Shown: piece after piece, positions 42,738 to 48,867 of the stretch
Position numbering within the stretch: the first letter of the stretch is position 1
Layout of the letters: every line of letters starts with the position of its first letter
NCBI GenBank assembly: GCA_031290135.1
Contig: JAITOE010000013.1
Span: 1-48,867 of the forward strand
DNA: 48,867 nucleotides
Origin: Eubacteriales Family XIII. Incertae Sedis bacterium
Lineage (GTDB): Bacteria > Bacillota > Clostridia > Peptostreptococcales > Anaerovoracaceae
Reading direction: 5' to 3'
The notes under the pieces: model-generated
The model's database searches: none
Seen by the model: only the letters and a program-made list of their open reading frames with translations
Told to the model about the DNA's origin: nothing
Position numbers and translations under genes: made by a program

Positions 42738-44825
42738 ATGGAACGAATCACCACCGCCCCGCACGGCGCAGCCGCTTACAGCCTGAAGAAACTTTTCGGC
42801 TGCCTGCTGGTTCTGGCAATGTTAATCACGCTGCTGCCCGCGAACGCCGCCTACGCGGCGCCATCCGTAGAGATCGCCGTTCCAGATGACCCGGCGAACA
42901 CCGTGAAATACCCCGTCTATCCCAACGAAGGTTCCGTGCGCATGACGAAGAGCGCCGAATGGACGAACGCGGACGAGACGCTGGCGAAGATCACATTTGA
43001 CGTCGGGGGCGTGCCCGTCCCCATCGGCGGCAGCCTCGGCATGGACGTCGTGGTCGCGGTGGACACCAGCGGCCTCGGGGACAGCCAGCTCGGATACGGA
43101 GGTCCCTACGGCACCAACAACAACCGTTATATGTGGGACCAGCGCGCGTTCTGCCCCTACTGCGACGCGGACATGGGCGTTTCTACCCTATTAAACAAAT
43201 GGTACGGCAACAGGCTGTACTGCCCGCTGATAGGCGGATACCACACCGCCCCCGCGCGGACGGAAATCGGCTACATGAGGCGTTTCACCAATCCCTTGTT
43301 CCAGACATTTTCGCCCATCGCCTATGAGGCGCAGGCCACCAAGGAGTTCGCAAGGACGTTCCTGGCGGAATCGCTGGGCAACAGGGTGGCGCTGGTCACC
43401 TACGGCCAGAACATAGCCGACGGCGGTTCCACGGTGCGGGTCAAATCCGGGCTGACCTCCAACATAGAGGACATCCGCACGGGCCTGCGCAATGAAGACA
43501 GCTACGGCGACAACCCATACACCCTGCCGCTGCAGGAAGCCCTGAAGATCCTCAACGCCAGGGCGGACAAAACCAGGCCTGCGGCCGTGGTCTTTTTCAC
43601 CCTCACGGCTTGGAACACCGCCCCCGCCACTTACCAGACCACTGCGCTGGCAGATTACAAATTGGGCACCACCGCGGCGAAAGTGCTGCGTGACACCGGC
43701 GCCAAGATATACGCCCTCAACGTCGTCGGCACGAACCAAGACGCCATAGAGCACTACGGAAACCCCCTGCCCCAGATAACCGCCCCGATGCGCGCAGGCC
43801 TCGAAGGCCTGGTCGGCACACATATAGAGAACGGCGTGGCGGTGCCGAACACGGACCAGTACAGCTTCAGCCGCTCTTGGCCTGAGCTGCAGGAGAACGT
43901 CGCGAACGTCGCCGACAGCCTGCGGAGGGCCGGCACCGAAGCAAAGATCCGGGACGTCGTGAACGTGAACGATTTTGACATTCTGGACGTGAACGTGAGC
44001 AAGGGCACCATAGAATCCAGGAACTTGGCCACGGGAGAAATCGTATGGTCGCTGGGCGACGTGCCCTCCGAACCGTCCGAACCTCACGCCACAATGGAAA
44101 TCAGCGTAAGATACGCGGGACCGGCGGCACGGACCACCGAGCTTTACGCCACGAACGCCGGCCGCGCCAGGATTGACTACAAAAATTACCGGAATACCCA
44201 GTCCGTGCAGTACGTGGACTCCCCCAAGATCGGCTACACGGCGAGGATCGCGGACTTTTCCCTCGCGCCGGTCACGACCCTGATCGCCAACCACGCGGCG
44301 AACCTGCCGGTGACCCTGACGGGAAGCGGGCTTGCCGGTCAACACGCGGTCTTCAGTTTGGTGAACGGCGCCGGCGTGACGGTGTACACCAGTGCCCCGG
44401 TCGCCGTTTCCGATAATTTCTCCGGGAGCGTACATCTCAGCGCGGCGGATCTCAACGTCCCGGAGGGGCAGTACACGCTCAGCGCCACCATCCAGGGCAC
44501 CGGCGTCACGGCCAGCGTGCCGCTGACCATAGCGAAAGACATGGACTATCTGGCTTTCAAAATCCAGAAGGCCACGCTGAACGGCACGCCGACCCTGGCG
44601 GCGATTTTCGACCTGGGCGGTTACGACACGGTGAGAATCGCGGGTCCCGTCTATGTGGACGACGTGCCGGTCCTCCCTGCGGACTACGTCGTTGACGGCA
44701 ACACCATCTGGTTCCCGAACGGCCCGACCTCCGGCGTCGTAAGGATTAAATTCGACTCGCTGCGATACGACATTTTGCTGCCGGGCCAGGATATCACGCT
44801 GGAAAGCATAGCTCTCCTGATGTAA
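42738..44825 (+). CDS. Secreted vWA-like domain protein with degenerate MIDAS and a Cys-rich insertion
   Basis: GAGGAG RBS, then ATG 42738. Signal peptide ..ANAAYAAP. VVVAVDTSG ... RVALVTYG ... AAVVFFTLT strands of a vWA fold. Ig-like C-terminal region. Confidence 0.65.
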   Translation: MERITTAPHGAAAYSLKKLFGCLLVLAMLITLLPANAAYAAPSVEIAVPDDPANTVKYPVYPNEGSVRMTKSAEWTNADETLAKITFDVGGVPVPIGGSLGMDVVVAVDTSGLGDSQLGYGGPYGTNNNRYMWDQRAFCPYCDADMGVSTLLNKWYGNRLYCPLIGGYHTAPARTEIGYMRRFTNPLFQTFSPIAYEAQATKEFARTFLAESLGNRVALVTYGQNIADGGSTVRVKSGLTSNIEDIRTGLRNEDSYGDNPYTLPLQEALKILNARADKTRPAAVVFFTLTAWNTAPATYQTTALADYKLGTTAAKVLRDTGAKIYALNVVGTNQDAIEHYGNPLPQITAPMRAGLEGLVGTHIENGVAVPNTDQYSFSRSWPELQENVANVADSLRRAGTEAKIRDVVNVNDFDILDVNVSKGTIESRNLATGEIVWSLGDVPSEPSEPHATMEISVRYAGPAARTTELYATNAGRARIDYKNYRNTQSVQYVDSPKIGYTARIADFSLAPVTTLIANHAANLPVTLTGSGLAGQHAVFSLVNGAGVTVYTSAPVAVSDNFSGSVHLSAADLNVPEGQYTLSATIQGTGVTASVPLTIAKDMDYLAFKIQKATLNGTPTLAAIFDLGGYDTVRIAGPVYVDDVPVLPADYVVDGNTIWFPNGPTSGVVRIKFDSLRYDILLPGQDITLESIALLM

Positions 44826-44875
44826 CAGAGGCGGGCGGACGGCGGTTCCGTCCCTGACAGCCGCAAAGATAAAAA

Positions 44876-44912
44876 GCCTGCATCCTTACAAAGTAAGGGC
44901 GCAGGCTTTTTT
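44876..44912 (+). terminator. Intrinsic terminator after the vWA-like gene
   Basis: GCCTGCATCCTTA-CAAAG-TAAGGGCGCAGGC followed by TTTTTT, with AAAAA upstream. Confidence 0.75.
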
Positions 44913-45078
44913 GTCGTCAATGCGCCTGAGACTTTTTCGCTGAAAAACAATACAGAGGCTTATTTTTTTGCTATAACAGCCACAGGGCGGCTATTATACA
45001 GATTGGAGTGCCCTCCGGCTTGCGGGCGCGCCGGAGATGGCAGTAGCATAAATGAAACATTTATGCTACAATGACTAC

Positions 45079-46695
45079 ATGGGAAGAAAAACATTTTTAT
45101 CCGGCGCCGCGATCCTGGGCGCGGCGGGCTTGCTTGTCCAGATGATGGGCGCGGTTTTCCGCATCCCCCTGGCGAATATCATAGGGGAAGTCGGCATGGG
45201 CTATTTCCAGACCGCCTACCCGGTTTACATATTTTTGCTGGTGTTTTCAACCAACGGCGCGCCCGCGGCCATATCGAAGATGACCTCGGAGCGCATAGCA
45301 GAGGGGCGCCATGCGGAAGCGCGACGCGTATTCCGGCTGGCTTTTGTCATATTGTTTATCTTCGGGCTGGTCGCTTTTGGCGGGGTGGCGCTTTTGGCGC
45401 GGCCCCTTTCCGTCTTTGTGGGGAGCGAGGGTTCTTACGATTCTTTGCTTGCCATATCCCCGGCGCTTCTTTTTGTGCCGCTGATGTCCGTGTTCCGGGG
45501 TTATTTTCAGGGGATGCAGGAAATGCGCCCGACTGCCGTGTCGCAGCTTGCGGAGCAGGCCATCCGCGTTGCGACGGGGCTGAGCCTGGCGGTCGTCCTG
45601 CTGCCGAAAGGGCTTGAGGCCGCTTCGGCCGGCGCCTGTGCCGGCGCCAGCATCGGTCCGGTGGCGGGGCTTTTGATCCTGGCCGTGATTTATCTGCGGC
45701 TGGACAGGCGCAGGGACGGCGGGCATGCGTCCGGCGGACAAACCCCCTTCGCCGCCGCTCCCCCCCGCGCCAAGCGGGAAAGCGCCGGCAGCCTGATCAA
45801 AACGCTCATCGTCCTAACCGTCCCCACGACGATAGGCATTTCCATCCTGCCGATCATGAACGTGGCCGACATGCTGATCTGCCGCCTTCGCCTCTTGGAC
45901 GCCGGATTCAGCGCCCAGGAGGCGGAAGGGCTCTACGGCCTCATGGCGGGCTTCGCGGCCCCGATCATCAACATACCCATGGCGCTGGCCCTGAGCATCG
46001 CGCTCAGCATGGTTCCGGCCGTGGCCGCCGCAGGCATGCGGGACAGGGAATTCCTCCATAAGAACGTCAGCATGGGACTGCGGACGGCCATGATCATCGG
46101 CGTGCCGTGCAGCCTCGGCCTTATCGTCCTTGCGAAACCCATCATGCGCCTCATCTACCCCGCCCAGGCGGACAGTGCCGCCGGAGCCGCCGGCTGCCTG
46201 GCGATTCTGGGCGGCGGCGTGATTTTCCTGTGCGTCGCGCAGGCCATGGCGGGCATCCTGCAGGGCCTCGGCAAGCCGTCGCGCCCCGTGCTGGCGCTGC
46301 TGGCCGGCGTGGCGGTGAAGGCGGTTCTCACATGGATCCTGACAGGCATTCCGGAGATCCACGTAAACGGTGCCGCGTTCGGAAGCACGGCCGGTTACGC
46401 GGTGATCGGCGTCATGAACCTGATCTTTGTGAAACGTTTCACAGGCATCCGCTTTGACCGGGCGCTTTCCCTGATCAAACCGCTGTTGTCCGGCGTCGTC
46501 ATGGGCGCCGTCGTGCTGGCGGCCTACCGGGCATGCGGCCTGGCCGGCATCGGGGGCGCGGCGGCTCTTCCGGCCATCTGCGCGGGGGCTGTCGCCTATG
46601 GGCTGATGATCCTGCGCACAAAGGCGATCCTGCCGGATGAAATCGCGCTGCTGCCGGGCGGCCGGCGGCTGCTTCGTCTGTTCGGGAAACATTGA
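45079..46695 (+). CDS. MOP-superfamily flippase (SpoVB / MurJ-like)
   Basis: The N-terminus RKTFLSGAAILGAAGLLVQMMGAVFRIPLANIIGEVGMGYF resembles SpoVB. About 14 TM segments. There is no SD, so the mRNA may be leaderless (see findings). Confidence 0.8.
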   Translation: MGRKTFLSGAAILGAAGLLVQMMGAVFRIPLANIIGEVGMGYFQTAYPVYIFLLVFSTNGAPAAISKMTSERIAEGRHAEARRVFRLAFVILFIFGLVAFGGVALLARPLSVFVGSEGSYDSLLAISPALLFVPLMSVFRGYFQGMQEMRPTAVSQLAEQAIRVATGLSLAVVLLPKGLEAASAGACAGASIGPVAGLLILAVIYLRLDRRRDGGHASGGQTPFAAAPPRAKRESAGSLIKTLIVLTVPTTIGISILPIMNVADMLICRLRLLDAGFSAQEAEGLYGLMAGFAAPIINIPMALALSIALSMVPAVAAAGMRDREFLHKNVSMGLRTAMIIGVPCSLGLIVLAKPIMRLIYPAQADSAAGAAGCLAILGGGVIFLCVAQAMAGILQGLGKPSRPVLALLAGVAVKAVLTWILTGIPEIHVNGAAFGSTAGYAVIGVMNLIFVKRFTGIRFDRALSLIKPLLSGVVMGAVVLAAYRACGLAGIGGAAALPAICAGAVAYGLMILRTKAILPDEIALLPGGRRLLRLFGKH

Positions 46696-46776
46696 TTCGG
46701 CAAAGCTGTCATCATGTCCGGCACGTCTATTATTGCGTTTGCCAACACAGACGGCTTGACGGCTTGCGGGGACGGC

Positions 46777-46822
46777 CTGAAAAAAATAAAAATTGACAGC
46801 GCAGGTTCCAGCGTGATATGAT
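46777..46822 (+). promoter_or_regulatory. Strong promoter for a short non-coding transcript
   Basis: A-rich UP-like tract (46777-46792), TTGACA (46793-46798), 18 bp, TGaTATGAT (-10 at 46817-46822). Confidence 0.65.
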
Positions 46823-46828
46823 GGGCTT

Positions 46829-46905
46829 GGACAAGGAATCCAAGCAACGGATCCAGCAGCAAAACGCCAAACGAAAACCCGCGGGATCTGACCCCGCGGG
46901 TTTTC
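46829..46905 (+). ncRNA. Candidate antitoxin sRNA (RNA II-like) of a type I toxin-antitoxin locus
   Basis: Bounded by the promoter above and the terminator at 46874-46904, with no credible ORF. It has a 5' hairpin CTTGGA-N7-TCCAAG. Two blocks (46830-46841 and 46852-46868) are direct repeats of the convergent ORF 5' region. Confidence 0.6.
46874..46904. terminator. Bidirectional intrinsic terminator shared by the convergent sRNA and small-ORF transcripts
   Basis: AAAA-CCCGCGGG-ATCTGAC-CCCGCGGG-TTTT, an 8-bp GC stem flanked by an A4 tract (46874-46877) and a T4 tract (46901-46904). Confidence 0.8.
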
Positions 46906-46922
46906 ATTCGTGCTGGCTGCGC

Positions 46923-47015
46923 TCATCTGTCCCGGTCCAGCCACTTGCAGACGTAATGACTGACTACGCCCGCTACGACCGAGAGAAGGAATCCGACGGT
47001 CAATTCCAGCAGCAA
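46923..47015 (-). CDS. Candidate type I toxin: 30-aa hydrophobic peptide (M)LLELTVGFLLSVVAGVVSHYVCKWLDRDR
   Basis: Hand translation of the minus strand. The SD-like AAAGGGGGTG (47030-47021) precedes TTG at 47015-47013, and the stop is TGA at 46925-46923. The peptide is a single TM helix plus a charged tail. The terminator lies 18 nt downstream. It is below the 60-aa cutoff of the ORF track. Confidence 0.6.
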   Translation of the reverse strand: MLLELTVGFLLSVVAGVVSHYVCKWLDRDR

Positions 47016-47071
47016 ATCGCCACCCCCTTTCTACCGATGGAGCCTCGACGGTCAATGGACGGTGCGGAAAA

Positions 47072-47100
47072 ATAAAACGAAATGCCGGGGCGTGTGCCAA
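47072..47100 (-). promoter_or_regulatory. Possible promoter of the small-ORF (toxin) transcript
   Basis: On the minus strand: TTGGCA (47100-47095), 17 bp, TTTTAT (47077-47072). The -10 is weak. Confidence 0.3.
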
Positions 47101-47115
47101 ACAGGGAGAAACAAC

Positions 47116-48867
47116 ATGAGCCGGAGCCTAAACCCGGAACAAAAACAGGCGATAGAAGCCGAAGCGAAGCAGATCCTCGTTTCGGCGGCGGCCGGATCCG
47201 GCAAAACCACGGTTCTGATCGAACGCATCAAACGCCTGATCACGGAAAAGCGCGCGCCGCTTTCTTCCATGCTGATCGTGACCTTTACCAACGCGGCGGC
47301 GGCGGAAATGCGCCAAAGGATCGCCGGCGCCCTGACCGCCCAGCTGGAGAAAGCGGATGACGCCTTTCTGCGCGCGCAGCTTTCGGACATCTACAACGCC
47401 CATATCAGCACCTTCCACGCCTTCGCGCTGGACGTGATCCGGACCTACTATTTCAAGATCGGCCTGGCGCCGGATCTGCGGATTTGCGACGAAGCGCAGC
47501 GGACGCTTTTGCGCAACGAAACGGCGGAGGAGCTTTTCGCCGCGCGTTTTGAAGAAGAAGACCCGCGTTTTGCCGACTTTCTGGACCGTTATTCCGACGA
47601 AAAAAACGACGACGCGCTTAAAGAAGACATTCTTTTCGCCGCATATGACGCCGCGCGCGTCATGCCGGACCCCTTTGGCTGGCTGCGGGAAAAAACACAG
47701 ATGCCGGGGAAAACGCGCGAAGAAATCCTGGGCGGAGGCCTTGAAAAAGAGATCCGCCGGGACGTCGCCGCGGCGCTTTCCAAAATACGGACCCTGTGCG
47801 AACAGGCGCGCGGCATGCTGGAACGGGGCGATGCGCCCGCCCGCGCGCGCTTGTGCGGGGAAGACATCATCGGGCTGCGGGACATTCAGGAAAACGCGGA
47901 CGCGATGCCCTTAGAAAGCTTGCTGGCGCGCCTGAAAAGCTTCGATTTCAGACGTCTCGCCGGAAAAGCGGAGCAGGAAGCCTATATCCGCGTCGAAGAC
48001 GACGTGAAACGGGTGCGCGGCAAGGCGAAAAAGCTCCTGAAGGACAAGCTTCTGGCATGTTACTGCATGCAGCCGTTGGACGCCTATATAGCCGACATAA
48101 ACGCGACGGCGGGGCAGGCCGCCTATCTGTATGAACTGATTTTGGATTTCGACGCGCGCTTTTCGCGGAAAAAAACCGAAAAAGGCCTGATGGACTTCGC
48201 CGACGCGGAGCATTACGCGCTGCGCATTCTGGACGACGAAGAAGCGGCGGCGGAATACCGGGCGCGGTTTCGCTATATTTTCATAGACGAATACCAGGAC
48301 TGCAACCTGATGCAGGACAGCCTGATCCGCAGAATCAGCGGGGATGCCGACGTTTTCATGGTGGGCGACGTGAAGCAGAGCATTTACAAATTCCGCCTGG
48401 CGGAGCCGGAGCTGTTCACGGCGAAATACGAAGCGTTTCAGCGCGGGGAGACGCCGGGGGGGCTGCTGATCGATTTAAACCAAAATTACAGGAGCAAAGC
48501 CCCCGTGATCGACGCGGTAAACGCAATCTTCAGCCGGATCATGACACCTGAGACGGCGGATATCCGCTACGATGAAAACGCGGCCCTTAAAAAAGGCCTG
48601 CATTTTGACGACGAAGCGCGCCGGAACAAGGACACGGCGTTCTATGTGATAGACGACAGCCCCGCAGAGGAAGAAGCCGGCGCGCCCGAACCGGCGGAAA
48701 CGTCCGGTGAATCGCCCGGAACGCAGGATGAGGCACCCGAAACACCCGATGAAACACAGGAGGGCGGCGAAGCGGCGAAGCTGATCGCCGAAATGAAAAA
48801 AACGGAGCTTGATGCGGCGGCGGCGGCCAAAATTGTCAAGGTAACCCTGTACGCGCCCGACGGGACG
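47116..48867 (+). CDS. addA: ATP-dependent helicase/nuclease subunit A (AddA/RexA, UvrD-like); 3' end runs off the window
   Basis: Hand translation from ATG 47116 (GGGAG RBS): MSRSLNPEQKQAIEAEAKQILVSAAAGSGKTTVL..., later FIDEYQDCN, GDVKQSIYKFRLA and NYRS. The frame is open to 48867. It is not listed in the ORF track. Confidence 0.88.
   Translation, partial: MSRSLNPEQKQAIEAEAKQILVSAAAGSGKTTVLIERIKRLITEKRAPLSSMLIVTFTNAAAAEMRQRIAGALTAQLEKADDAFLRAQLSDIYNAHISTFHAFALDVIRTYYFKIGLAPDLRICDEAQRTLLRNETAEELFAARFEEEDPRFADFLDRYSDEKNDDALKEDILFAAYDAARVMPDPFGWLREKTQMPGKTREEILGGGLEKEIRRDVAAALSKIRTLCEQARGMLERGDAPARARLCGEDIIGLRDIQENADAMPLESLLARLKSFDFRRLAGKAEQEAYIRVEDDVKRVRGKAKKLLKDKLLACYCMQPLDAYIADINATAGQAAYLYELILDFDARFSRKKTEKGLMDFADAEHYALRILDDEEAAAEYRARFRYIFIDEYQDCNLMQDSLIRRISGDADVFMVGDVKQSIYKFRLAEPELFTAKYEAFQRGETPGGLLIDLNQNYRSKAPVIDAVNAIFSRIMTPETADIRYDENAALKKGLHFDDEARRNKDTAFYVIDDSPAEEEAGAPEPAETSGESPGTQDEAPETPDETQEGGEAAKLIAEMKKTELDAAAAAKIVKVTLYAPDGT

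Noticed and set aside
46818-47075. Track ORF 46818-47075(+), 85 aa, spanning the spoVB-addA spacer.
   Set aside because: It starts inside the -10 element of a promoter, has no SD, reads straight through a strong terminator hairpin, and gives a hydrophilic low-complexity product. The region is better explained by the convergent sRNA and small-ORF pair.
48652-48790. Acidic Pro/Glu/Ala/Thr-rich low-complexity stretch inside addA (..DDSPAEEEAGAPEPAETSGESPGTQDEAPETPDETQEGGE..), considered as a possible inserted element or frameshift.
   Set aside because: The frame stays open and AddA-like sequence resumes on both sides. It looks like a disordered linker insertion. It cannot be evaluated further because the gene runs off the window.
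1-48867. Search for tRNA, rRNA, tmRNA and known riboswitch cores (c-di-GMP, FMN, Moco, SAM, TPP) in the intergenic regions.
   Set aside because: By eye I found no cloverleaf-compatible GTTCRANYC / TPsiC-type segments, no rRNA-like stretches and no recognisable riboswitch consensus cores. A covariance-model scan would be needed to exclude them formally.

Overview
High-GC Gram-positive chromosomal segment. It looks Clostridia-like, an inference from a SpoVB-type flippase, AddA, a dockerin protein, lipoprotein solute-binding proteins and GGAGG ribosome-binding sites. Coding is almost entirely on the plus strand. In order: (i) a 5'-truncated fused FeS/molybdopterin oxidoreductase, an AprA-like flavoprotein, a small ferredoxin and a NitT/TauT-type ABC importer. 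(ii) An APC permease and an HD-GYP phosphodiesterase. (iii) A visibly lower-GC island of about 12 kb with a LysR regulator, two creatinase/prolidase-fold (M24) paralogs with non-canonical metal-ligand positions, a DUF4392-like protein, a maleate-isomerase-family protein and two complete TRAP transporters. (iv) A CitE/HpcH-like lyase, pheST and a K+-type membrane pyrophosphatase. (v) A 1020-aa dockerin-bearing surface protein and an IS200-type element. (vi) An FTR1-P19 iron-uptake operon extended by DUF2318, two FtsX permeases, an ABC ATPase, an FMN-binding lipoprotein and a DtxR-family repressor. (vii) A vWA-like secreted protein, a SpoVB/MurJ-like flippase and the start of addA. The most notable signal is absent from the ORF track. 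In the spoVB-addA spacer, a 30-codon hydrophobic minus-strand ORF converges with a promoter-driven plus-strand RNA of about 75 nt. The two share a bidirectional terminator and two direct repeats that cover the ORF start codon, which is the par/Fst-like type I toxin-antitoxin architecture. Intergenic space, including spacers inside operons, carries at least three families of palindromic REP/MITE-like repeats plus a recurrent 30-40 bp motif. No rRNA, tRNA or CRISPR array was recognised. All functional calls come from reading motifs by eye; no database search was run.
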